Shown piece by piece: positions 8,278 through 17,800 of a stretch of DNA of 18,355 nt. Under the pieces are notes generated by a model. It had not been told where the DNA came from. It did no database searches and saw nothing but the letters and a program-made list of their open reading frames with translations. Source of the DNA: an uncultured Acidobacteriota bacterium (GTDB taxonomy: Bacteria > Acidobacteriota > Vicinamibacteria > Vicinamibacterales > UBA8438); assembly GCA_913043225.1 (NCBI GenBank), contig CAJWLU010000041.1, forward strand, positions 1 through 18,355, in the 5' to 3' direction. Numbering within the stretch: position 1 is the first letter of the stretch; each line of letters starts with the position of its first letter. The position numbers and the translations under genes were made by a program.

Positions 8278-9230
8278 CGCGCTTGACCTTAGGCACTCGG
8301 GGCAGTGCGCTGGCGCTGTGGCAGGCGCGCACCGTGGCGGCGGCCCTTGAGTGCGACGGACAGTGCCGCTGCGAGTTGCAGGTCATCAAGACTACGGGCG
8401 ACAGACTGGCCGAGGTGAACCTCTCGAAAATCGGAGGGAAGCAGGTCTTCGTCAAGGAAATCGAGCATGCCCTCGCCGAGGGCGAAATCGACCTGGCGGT
8501 GCACAGCGCCAAGGACATGCCGGCCGAGCTGCCCGAGGGTCTCACCGTTGCCGGCGTCCTCCCTCGCGAAGATCCGCGCGACGCCGTAGTGCTGCCGGCC
8601 GACCGCACCGACCTTCCGCCCCTGGATCGGTCCGGAGCCACCCCGATCAACGTAGGCAGCGGGAGCATCCGGCGGGTCGCCCAGCTCTCTCGGGCCTGGC
8701 CCGCCGCCGTCTTCTCGCTGATTCGCGGAAACATCGACACCCGACTACGCAAGCTGGACGACGGCGACTACGATCTGGTGATTCTCGCCGCGGCCGGGCT
8801 CCGGCGACTAGGGCACGGCGACAGAATCGCCACAACGCTCGAACCAGCGCTCTGTCTTCCGGCTCCCGGGCAGGGAATCGTCGCGATCGAAACCCGGGAG
8901 GGCGATGTCGACACCATGAATCGCATCTCGGCAGTCAGTGATCCGCTCGCCTCGGCCGCGCTGGAGGCCGAGCGGAAGGTGCTCATCGATCTCGGTGGAG
9001 GCTGCCAGGTCCCGATCGGCGCACTCGCAACCATCGTAGACGACCAACTGACGCTCCAAGCACTGGTGGCCTCACCAGATGGCAGCGAGCTGCTGCGGCG
9101 CGAAGGTAGGGGAAATATCGCCGATGCGGCGACGATCGGAGCGAGCGTCGCCTCCGGGCTACTTGAGGATGGCGCCGGCCCTATCCTGGCGCCGGCTACG
9201 ACCGGAAGCTCGGGAGCAGCGGATGCTTGA
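8274..9230 (+). CDS. hemC: Porphobilinogen deaminase (hydroxymethylbilane synthase)
   Basis: GTRGSALALWQA, TTGD, VHSAKDMP, REDPRD, IRGNIDTRLRKL, LAAAGLRRL, PAPGQG, cofactor Cys in GGGCQVPIG; GTGA overlap with hemA. Confidence 0.97.
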   Translation: MTRLTLGTRGSALALWQARTVAAALECDGQCRCELQVIKTTGDRLAEVNLSKIGGKQVFVKEIEHALAEGEIDLAVHSAKDMPAELPEGLTVAGVLPREDPRDAVVLPADRTDLPPLDRSGATPINVGSGSIRRVAQLSRAWPAAVFSLIRGNIDTRLRKLDDGDYDLVILAAAGLRRLGHGDRIATTLEPALCLPAPGQGIVAIETREGDVDTMNRISAVSDPLASAALEAERKVLIDLGGGCQVPIGALATIVDDQLTLQALVASPDGSELLRREGRGNIADAATIGASVASGLLEDGAGPILAPATTGSSGAADA

Positions 9231-10773
9231 GCCCCGGGTCTATTTGATTGGCGCCGGTCCGGGCGATCCGGAACTAATCACTATCAAGGGCCATCGAATC
9301 CTCACCGAGGCGGACGTGATCGTCTTCGACCACCTCGTCCATCGGCGGATGCTGTCCCAGGTACGGGATGACGCCGAGACCATCGATGTCGGTCCGGCCG
9401 CGCCGCAATCGCTCGAACAGAATGCGATCAGTCTTCTCCTCGCCGAGAAGGTGCGTGAGGGAAAAGCGGTCGCACGATTGAAGTGGGGAGACCCGTTCGT
9501 GTTCGACAGCGGCGGAGAAGAGGCGCTCTTTCTCCACGAGCAGGGGATTTCGTATGAAGTCGTCCCGGGCATCCCTTCGACGATCGGGAGTCCGGCCTAC
9601 GCCGGTATTCCGGTCACGTATCCCGAGGCCGGCGACACGCTCACACTGTTGCGAGGAGACGCGGGAGAAACGAGTCGACCGGCCAAGGTCGCCTGGAGCC
9701 GCCTTGCCCGGATCCGAGGTTCCATCGTGACCCACGGCACCGGCCCGCAGCTAGGCGCTATGCTCAAGGCGCTACAACGGCACGGTCGCTCGCCGGCCGA
9801 ACCCGCGGCGCTGATCTATCGTGGCACGTTGCCGGAGCAACGAACCATCGAGGGCACCATCGCCCAGCTGGAACGTCTGGTCAAACGCCGCGAGCACCGC
9901 GAGCCGGCGGTGCTCGTCATTGGCCGGGTGACCGCGCTGCGGGAACACCTCCGTTGGCACGACACCCGCCCGCTCTCTGGCAAGCGGATCGTGGTGACGC
10001 GAGCGCGGACCCAGGCCCGGGACCTCGTTTCGCGTCTCGCCAACCTTGGCGCCGATCCGATCGAGGCACCAACGATCACCTTCACGACGCCTGACGACCC
10101 TGAGCCACTGGCGTCGGCCTGTCGTGACATTGCAGCGTTCGACTGGGTCGTGTTCACCAGCGCGAACGCCGTGGAACGTTTCATTCAGCAGCTACTTCGC
10201 GAACCAGGAGACATCCGTGAACTACATGGCGTCAAACTCTGTGCGGTCGGTCCGGCCACAGCCGAGGCGATCAACCGCCACGGCCTGCGCACCGACCTCG
10301 TGCCGGAACGCTACCGGGCCGATGCGGTGGCCACCGCGTTGACTGGTCTCGAGAACCTAACCGACGTCCGCATGTTGCTGCCTCGCGCCGATCTGGCACG
10401 AGATCTCCTGCCGACCCGCCTCCGCGAGGCCGGCGCCAACGTCACGTCCGTCACTGCTTACAAGACGTCACCAATCGACTTCGACCGCGACGGCGCACCG
10501 GACATCTACCAGATGCTGCTCGAGCGCCGTATCGACATCGTCACCTTCGCCAGCGGCTCGAGCGTCACGAACTTCGTCGCGGCGCTAGGCGACGACCAAG
10601 CGCGGGATCTGATGCAGGGGGTCGACATCGCATGCATCGGCCCCGTGACAGCCGACGTAGCGGCCGGGTTCGGGTTGGACGTAACGATCATGCCGGAGCA
10701 ATACACCACAGCGGCCATGGTAAACGCCATCGTGGCCCACATTGGACGCGCCGCCTCGAGAGATCAAGTATGA
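9223..10773 (+). CDS. hemD: Fused uroporphyrinogen-III C-methyltransferase-like domain (degenerate) / uroporphyrinogen-III synthase
   Basis: N-terminal CobA-like [15 protein letters not shown]...[15 protein letters not shown]...AYAGIPVT; C-terminal Hem[47 protein letters not shown]. Start at ATG 9223 after GGAG, overlapping the hemC stop by 8 bp. Confidence 0.93.
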   Translation: MLEPRVYLIGAGPGDPELITIKGHRILTEADVIVFDHLVHRRMLSQVRDDAETIDVGPAAPQSLEQNAISLLLAEKVREGKAVARLKWGDPFVFDSGGEEALFLHEQGISYEVVPGIPSTIGSPAYAGIPVTYPEAGDTLTLLRGDAGETSRPAKVAWSRLARIRGSIVTHGTGPQLGAMLKALQRHGRSPAEPAALIYRGTLPEQRTIEGTIAQLERLVKRREHREPAVLVIGRVTALREHLRWHDTRPLSGKRIVVTRARTQARDLVSRLANLGADPIEAPTITFTTPDDPEPLASACRDIAAFDWVVFTSANAVERFIQQLLREPGDIRELHGVKLCAVGPATAEAINRHGLRTDLVPERYRADAVATALTGLENLTDVRMLLPRADLARDLLPTRLREAGANVTSVTAYKTSPIDFDRDGAPDIYQMLLERRIDIVTFASGSSVTNFVAALGDDQARDLMQGVDIACIGPVTADVAAGFGLDVTIMPEQYTTAAMVNAIVAHIGRAASRDQV

Positions 10774-11804
10774 CGAAGACAGTCACCGCTCCGCTTCCCC
10801 GTGCGACAACCAAGGGCAAGACCCACGACCTCGGGCTCCTGGCGCGACCGCGTCGTCTCAGGGGCACGGATGGTATCCGCGACCTGGTACGAGAACACCG
10901 CCTCGCTCCAGCACGTCTGGTGTATCCGCTATTTATCTGTGAAGGCACCAGCATCCGGCGCGAGGTCAGTTCGATGCCAGGCGTCTACCAACTGTCGGTT
11001 GATGAAGCAGTGCGAGAAACTGCAGCCGCTCGGAACGACGGCGTGCAGTCAGTGCTGCTCTTCGGGTTGCCGGCCGACAAGGACGGAACCGGATCGGTAG
11101 CCGCAGACCCGGAAGCACCGGTGCAGCGGGCCATCCGTGCCATACGGGCAGAACAGCCTGACGTCACGGTGATCACCGACGTCTGTCTGTGTGAGTACAC
11201 GGACCATGGTCACTGCGGCATCCTCGACGGCGAACATATCCTCAACGACGTCACGGTGGAGCACCTGGTGGCGGCGGCCGTGTCTCATGCGGAGGCGGGT
11301 GCCCACATCGTTGCCCCCTCGGACATGATGGATGGACGGGTCGGAGCGATCAGGCGGGCGCTCGATGCCGGCGGCCACCAGGATGTGGTCATCATGTCGT
11401 ATGCGGCGAAGTACTGCTCGGCCTTCTACGGGCCGTTCCGTGACGCCGCCGACTCGGCACCGGCGTTTGGAGACCGCCGCACCCACCAGATGGATCCGGC
11501 GAACGTGGAGGAAGCCCTCCGCGAAGTCACCCTCGACCTGGAGGAGGGTGCTGACATCGTTATGGTCAAGCCGGCTCTCCCCTACCTCGATGTCATCGGG
11601 CGGGTGAAGCGGCAGTTCCGGCGCCCGACTGCGGCGTATCAGGTGAGCGGTGAGTACGCCATGGTGAAGGCGGCGAGCCGGCTCGGGTGGCTTGATGAGG
11701 AACGCATCATGATGGAGAGCCTGACTTCCATCGGCCGAGCCGGAGCCGACATCATCATCACCTACTTCGCACGAGACGCGGCCCGACGGCTCCGGGGACT
11801 CTGA
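10770..11804 (+). CDS. hemB: Porphobilinogen synthase (ALA dehydratase), Zn-binding type
   Basis: [25 protein letters not shown] (Zn Cys triad), [51 protein letters not shown] overlap with hemD places the start at 10770. Confidence 0.98.
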   Translation: MTKTVTAPLPRATTKGKTHDLGLLARPRRLRGTDGIRDLVREHRLAPARLVYPLFICEGTSIRREVSSMPGVYQLSVDEAVRETAAARNDGVQSVLLFGLPADKDGTGSVAADPEAPVQRAIRAIRAEQPDVTVITDVCLCEYTDHGHCGILDGEHILNDVTVEHLVAAAVSHAEAGAHIVAPSDMMDGRVGAIRRALDAGGHQDVVIMSYAAKYCSAFYGPFRDAADSAPAFGDRRTHQMDPANVEEALREVTLDLEEGADIVMVKPALPYLDVIGRVKRQFRRPTAAYQVSGEYAMVKAASRLGWLDEERIMMESLTSIGRAGADIIITYFARDAARRLRGL

Positions 11805-11831
11805 TAACGCCAGACGACCGAGCATAGAAGC

Positions 11832-12980
11832 ATGCGATTGCTGGTTACCGGTGGCGCTGGATTCATCGGCTCCTACGTCGCTGAGCGGGCAACCGCGGCC
11901 GGGCACGAGGTGCGCATCCTCGACAACCTCGATCCCCAGGTACACCCGGATCCGTCCCAGGTCTCCCTGCCTCCCAAGGCGGAGTTCGTGCGGGGTGATG
12001 TCCGCGACCGGGAGACGTGCCAGCGAGCGCTCGACGACATCGACACAATCGTACACTGCGCCAGCGCCGTCGGTGTCGCGCAATCGATGTACCGGGTAGA
12101 GCACTACGTCGATATCAACGTGCGGGGTACCGCCTGCTTGCTGGAAGAGGTCGTAGCCCGACGCGACGCGATAGCGAAGGTGGTCGCTCTGACCTCTATG
12201 ACCCAGTATGGCGAGGGACTCTACGCCCGACCGTCAGACGGCCGCACCTTGCGGGTCGGAATCCGCACCGAAGCTGACATTCGCGAGGCGGGATGGGAGC
12301 CGGTCTGTCCAGACACCGGCGAACCGCTCGTAGCGTACCCCACACCGGAATCGGCTGGACTGCAGGGCCGCAGCGTCTACGCGCAGAGCAAGCGCGCGCA
12401 GGAAGATCTGGTGCTGACGCTCGGAGCCAGCTACAACCTGCCGGTCGTCTGCCTCCGACTGTTCAACGTCTACGGTCCCAAACAGTCGCTACAGAACCCA
12501 TATACAGGCGTACTCGCGATTTTCCTGAGCCGTCTTCTGGCCGGGCAACGGCCGCTGATCTACGAAGATGGTGGCCAGACGCGCGACTTCGTATCGGTCC
12601 ACGACGTCGTGCGGGTCATCTTCAGTGTCATAGGGTCGACGGTGGCCGATGGATTGGTCCTCAACGTCGGCAGCGGCACGCCCCGAACGGTGTCCGAGAT
12701 CGCGGCGACGCTGGCCCGCTTGATTGAACGGGAAGATCTGGCTCCGGACATCACGCGGCGATTCCGTCAAGGTGACGTCCGGCACTGCCTGGCCGACATC
12801 GCGCTGGCTCGCCGCTTCCTCGACTTCGAACCAGCCACCGCTTGGGAGGACGGTCTGTCCGAAATGGTAGCCTGGGCGCGCTCAGCGCCGTCTGATGACC
12901 GGACCGCCGATGCCGACCAAGAGCTGCGCGAACACCAATTGGTCACTGAAACGCCTATCGCCACTGAGGAGCACCGGTGA
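11832..12980 (+). CDS. NAD-dependent nucleotide-sugar epimerase/dehydratase (extended SDR)
   Basis: LVTGGAGFIGS, catalytic YAQSK, LRLFNVYGP, NPYTGV, EDGGQTRDFVSVHDV, R.GDVRH. Confidence 0.92.
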   Translation: MRLLVTGGAGFIGSYVAERATAAGHEVRILDNLDPQVHPDPSQVSLPPKAEFVRGDVRDRETCQRALDDIDTIVHCASAVGVAQSMYRVEHYVDINVRGTACLLEEVVARRDAIAKVVALTSMTQYGEGLYARPSDGRTLRVGIRTEADIREAGWEPVCPDTGEPLVAYPTPESAGLQGRSVYAQSKRAQEDLVLTLGASYNLPVVCLRLFNVYGPKQSLQNPYTGVLAIFLSRLLAGQRPLIYEDGGQTRDFVSVHDVVRVIFSVIGSTVADGLVLNVGSGTPRTVSEIAATLARLIEREDLAPDITRRFRQGDVRHCLADIALARRFLDFEPATAWEDGLSEMVAWARSAPSDDRTADADQELREHQLVTETPIATEEHR

Positions 12981-14014
12981 AACGAGCCCTGGTCACCGGA
13001 AGCAGCGGGCTCGTCGGCTCTGCGGCGGTCGCTCACTTCGACCGGCTCGGCTGGCGGGTACACGGTATCGACAACAACCTACGGCGAGATTTCTTCGGGC
13101 CCGATGGAGACACGGCGCGGAACTTGGAGCGCCTCCGTCGAGACACCAGGCAGTTCGAACACCTCTCTCTCGATGTGCGCGACCGTGAGGCCATCAGCGC
13201 CATCGTGGAGCGCGTGCGTCCGGACCTGGTCGTTCATTGCGCAGCTCAGCCGTCCCATGACCTGGCACGCGCCCGAGTGTTCGACGATTTCGACATCAAC
13301 GCCGTCGGCACTCTCAATCTCCTGGAGGCGGTGCGCCAGAGCTGCCGGGAAACGCCGTTCGTGTTCATGAGCACAAACAAGGTCTACGGGGATGCCCCCA
13401 ACGAGAAGCCGTTCAGGGAGACCGCCACGAGATTCGACTTCGCGAGAAGAGAAGATCGTCACGGCATCGACGAGAGCTGCCAGGTCGACCGCTGTCTCCA
13501 TAGCATGTTCGGGGTGTCGAAGCTGGCTGCCGACGTGCTCGTGCAGGAGTACGGACGCTACTTCGACATCCCGACCGTCTGCTTCCGTGCGGGCTGCCTA
13601 ACTGGCAGCGCTCATGCTGGCGCCGAGCTACACGGCTTCCTGGCCTACCTCGCCAGAGCGATCCTGGAGGGTCGCCAGTATCGGATCTACGGCTACGGCG
13701 GAAAGCAGGTGCGCGATAACCTGCACGCTGACGATGTGTGCCTGGCGTTCGAGGCGTTCGCGGCGGCACCGCGGGTCGGGGCGGTCTACAACATGGGCGG
13801 GGGACGTGAGAACAGCATTTCCGTCTTGGAAGCGATCACGAGACTGGAAGAGCTCACGGGCCGTCGGCTCCACACCACCCAGGTGGATGAGCCACGACGC
13901 GGTGACCACATCTGCTATATCAGCGATCTGCGTCGGTTTAAGGCGGACTACCCAGTGTGGACCCCCACGCGTGACCTCGACGACATTCTCAAAGAACTGG
14001 TCGCCCGCCCATGA
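12977..14014 (+). CDS. Extended SDR, CDP-paratose/tyvelose 2-epimerase-like
   Basis: LVTGSSGLVGS, HCAAQPSHD, FDINAVGTLNLLEA, STNKVYGD, QEYGRYF, GKQVRDNLH, YNMGGGRENS; GTGA overlap with the upstream SDR. Confidence 0.88.
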   Translation: MKRALVTGSSGLVGSAAVAHFDRLGWRVHGIDNNLRRDFFGPDGDTARNLERLRRDTRQFEHLSLDVRDREAISAIVERVRPDLVVHCAAQPSHDLARARVFDDFDINAVGTLNLLEAVRQSCRETPFVFMSTNKVYGDAPNEKPFRETATRFDFARREDRHGIDESCQVDRCLHSMFGVSKLAADVLVQEYGRYFDIPTVCFRAGCLTGSAHAGAELHGFLAYLARAILEGRQYRIYGYGGKQVRDNLHADDVCLAFEAFAAAPRVGAVYNMGGGRENSISVLEAITRLEELTGRRLHTTQVDEPRRGDHICYISDLRRFKADYPVWTPTRDLDDILKELVARP

Positions 14015-14856
14015 GCGCACCCCCTCGGGTCAACGTGACGGAACCGGCGTCGCGAGCGGTGCAGCTCTCGGTCGTGATTCCGGCTCGTGACGAATCGGAA
14101 AACATCGGCGAAACCCTCGACGAGCTGACGTCGCGTCTAGATCGGGAACCGTTGTCCTACGAGCTGATCGTGGTCGACGATGGAAGCCGGGACGACACCG
14201 CCGACGTCGTTAGGCGACGGCAGCATGGCTCGATCCGACTGGTCGTTAACAACGGCCCGCACGGGTTCGGCCGGGCGGTCCGACTAGGGCTGGAGTCGTT
14301 TTCGGGCCAAGCGGTCGCGATCGTGATGGCCGACGGATCCGATGACCCGGACGACCTGGTCCGCTACTACGAGGTGCTGCGCGACCGCGCCGAGTGCGCG
14401 TTCGGCTCCCGGTTCGTTCCCGGCAGTCGAGTCCAGGGCTACCCACGGCTCAAACTCTTGTTGAACCGAGCCGCGAACCTGTTCATCAGAGTACTCTTCC
14501 GCCTGCCGTACAACGACACAACGAACGCATTCAAGGCCTACCGCGCCAGCGTGATCGAGGGATGCCGGCCGTTTCTCTCTCCGCACTACAACCTAACGGT
14601 CGAACTCCCGCTGAAGGCGGTCGTCCGCGGCTATTCGTTCGAGGTGATTCCAATCGGGTGGCGCGAGCGTCGGCAGGGGCAATCCGGGCTGCACCTGCGT
14701 GAGATGGGCAGCCGGTATCTGTTCATCGTGCTATACCTCTGGCTGGAGAAGATGCTCACGCGTGGCGACTATCGGCGGCCGGCCGGAGAAACGTTCGAGC
14801 GATGGGACGGTCCGGACGAAACCAGTCCGCCGAGGAACCTCGACGGCGTGACGTAG
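14011..14856 (+). CDS. Glycosyltransferase family 2, DPM1/polyprenol-phosphate glycosyltransferase-like
   Basis: LSVVIPARDE, VVDDGSRDDT, GFGRAVRLG, MADGSD, GSRF, DTTNAFKAY; short hydrophobic C-terminal stretch (YLFIVLYLWL); ATGA overlap with the upstream gene. Confidence 0.92.
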   Translation: MSAPPRVNVTEPASRAVQLSVVIPARDESENIGETLDELTSRLDREPLSYELIVVDDGSRDDTADVVRRRQHGSIRLVVNNGPHGFGRAVRLGLESFSGQAVAIVMADGSDDPDDLVRYYEVLRDRAECAFGSRFVPGSRVQGYPRLKLLLNRAANLFIRVLFRLPYNDTTNAFKAYRASVIEGCRPFLSPHYNLTVELPLKAVVRGYSFEVIPIGWRERRQGQSGLHLREMGSRYLFIVLYLWLEKMLTRGDYRRPAGETFERWDGPDETSPPRNLDGVT

Positions 14857-17800
14857 CGGGTGTGAAACCGCGCCCAGTCCTCTTGGTGCCGCTGAAACAC
14901 CGGGTCGGCTTCAAGGGTGGTCGGCGCGCGAGTATAGGTGGCATCGTCATGCGACGGGAGGGGCAGCACGGTCTCTGAGAAGCCAGTGTTGAAATCGCCA
15001 TCCTTGACCCAGCCATCACCGATCAGCACGAAATCGCGCCGCCAGCCATCCGGCGTTTCGGGGGGAGCCGGAAACCGGAGCGAAAGCTCGTCACCCGCGT
15101 TCATGATCACGTAGCGGTCATCCACATCGTTGAGCAGCGGACGCACGTCGCCGAAACGAGTGTGGTACCCGACAAGGTCACGCCATCGGGGCACGGTGTT
15201 GGCGAGCTCATCGTAGCGGGGAACCTCCGGGCCGCGCGGCCCCACATCGTGAGTGCGTGAGAATCCGCGGTAGCCAAGGTCCGCCACGCTCGGTGCCAAC
15301 CGCTCGGTGCGGAGCGGCAGCTCGAGCGCGTCGGTCACCCCGATCCAGTCCCAGTAGATTTCGAGATTCGTCCTGAGCCGGAGCCGCTGGCGGTTGCCGT
15401 GCCAGGGCACCGTCGTCAGATCGATCACCAAGGTCTTGTTCTTGCCCGACGGGAACCCGAGGTCGGGGTGCACGGTCGTCCAGGCTCCCGAGGCGGTCTG
15501 CGCCTCGAGCGCCACCCCGCGTGGCGCGTCGTGGGAGCCCTGGGCCAGAGCCACGTTGATGCTGCTGTCGGTCGGATACACCCAACCGTACGCCAGCAGG
15601 ACGCTCGGCGGCGAGGCTTCGTCCGGCACATCCAGCTCGACTTCGAGATAGTGGTCTCGAGTCACCCCCTGATACGCCCCGCGTCCGAAACTCGATACGT
15701 AGCGTCCATCGCGAAACGCGACGACCTCGGTCATCTCCTCCCCAAGGTCGTCCCAGGCTGCGACTAAGGGACGCGGCGCAAGGGTCGAGTGCAGCGCCAG
15801 CGTCGGCGGCTCATTCGCAGCGAACCGCTCGTCCACGAAGATCTCCGTGGAGACCGGGTGGTCCACCACCATCAAGGACACATGGTCAAAGAAGTGCGTT
15901 TCCCAGAGCTCTGCGGTGATGCTGATCTCGTAAACGCCGTCAATCGGTTTCAACTGGTCTCCCCGAATCCGGATCCAGTCCTCGGTCTGGGTCACGCCAG
16001 CCGTATCCTGCGCGTTGATCCGAAGACCCAGTGGTGAACGCCAGAGGAAGTCGGTCACGAATCGCATCGCCTCGCCGTCGTGGGCGAAGACCCAGGGACA
16101 TGAACCCTTGAGACGCTGTTCGGCTTCCACCGTCTGGTCTACCGAGGCAGGAAACTCCGCTTGCACGACGCCGTTCGGCCAAGCGATACGCACGACGTCG
16201 ACCGCCTCGGGTACACCCAGTCCAAAGTGCGTGAGACCGTGCTTGATCGGCTGCTTCTGGGTCAGGAGACCGGCCCTGACCTCGATCTCGCCCCCCACGC
16301 CGAAGGAGTTGATCCGCTGGTCCCCGGCCGCCTCGAGCGCCCGGGCCCGAACGACCTGCCAGTGGTAGTCGGCGTCACCTTCCCCGAGCAGCCGAACCGC
16401 GTCTCCGTCCTCCAGGCCGACCAGGTCGAGGCGACCATCACCGTCGAGATCCGCGACCGCGTGGACATCGACGCGGCCCTCGATCTCGAGGTGCCGGTAA
16501 CCTCCGGGATCACGCTGCCAGAGGTCGGTCCCCAAGGGGCCGCTCGCCAGCATGTCACTGGCTCCATTGTTGTCGAAGTCGGCGACCAGCAACCTGACCT
16601 CACCCGGTTCAACGTCGCCCACCCGCGTCCACTCGGCCACCTCGGTCGCGGTCCAGGCATCGTCGCGATGGGACACCCGCCAGAGACCGCCGTCGCGGTC
16701 GATCACGCCAACATCAAGCTGACCATCGCCGTCCAGCTCGCCGGCGACAAGGGTCACCAAATCAGGAAGGCTCGGCGACTCCCAGCGTCGGAACTGTCCA
16801 GCTTGCTGATTCTCGTACAACACCAATTGCCCAGCCTGGCCGATCAGCGCCGCGTCCGGATCGCCATCCATGTCGAAGTCGGACCAGGCGAAGGCGCGCA
16901 GAGCTTCGATGTCCTGAAAGAGCGACAACGACGTCCAGCTTCCGTCGGCATTGTTCTGAAGCGCGATCGGGGGACCTGTCACAGAAGCGACCACCAGGTC
17001 GAGGTCGCCATCCATCTCGAGATCGGCCGCCCACACACCGAAGGCGGGCTGGGCGATCTCCGCGGGCTCCAGCGGCGTCTGGTCGGCGAACTCGCCGCCT
17101 TCCTCCTGCACCAGCAGACGCAGCCCGCCAGGACCCGCGAGCGCGAGATCCGCGCGAAAGTCATTCGACCAGTCGGCCGCCAGTAATCCGGCGGCGGACG
17201 AAGGCCCGGTCGAGGGCGGAAAGCTGGCGAACGGTGGGACGCCTGCGAGCCCGAGGGCGTCGTCGGTACTTACGATCACCTGTGAACGGGCGTCATGCGC
17301 AACAGTCAACGCGACCGCGGACGATTCGGCTAAAGACAACGACTCGGGCTGGAAGCGGAGCGTGCCGTCGGTCGGCGAAGCACCAGAAGGCGGCGGCGGC
17401 AGGCGGCGAAAACGCCAGAAGGGAGAAGCGACCAATTCTGGATCGACGGCTACCTCCGCCAATCCGTCCTGATAGGAGCCGAGTCTCAACAGCACGTTAC
17501 GCAGCAGTGCGGTGGCAGTGATGGCCTCGTCAAACACCGCCTCCTCCACCGCACCCTCGAGCCGTTCGAGCTGGGCGCCGGCCGGGGCAGGCCATCCACC
17601 AGCGCCATCACGCAGACGCGTCGCCGAACGGGCGAGGGCCTCGCTATCACCGCGCTCAGCCGCCAGCCGGGCATGCTCCACCAGTACGGGAAGGTTATCT
17701 GGACTGCGTTCCAGGATGGCATCCAACTGCTCCTCCGCCTCGCGCACCGCCGCGTCATCACCCTGCTGGCGGAGCTCCTGCGCCAGCGCGTAGCGGGCAA

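Noticed and set aside
11049..12104. 351-aa minus-strand ORF opposite hemB and the first SDR
   Set aside because: Antisense shadow of two well-supported genes; no independent coding signal.
16098..16110. GSCP junction as a possible intein/Hint N-terminus
   Set aside because: No recognisable Hint block B (TxxH) or terminal His-Asn splice motif downstream.
16161..17186. 341-aa plus-strand ORF inside the lipoprotein gene
   Set aside because: Antisense shadow of the FG-GAP region.
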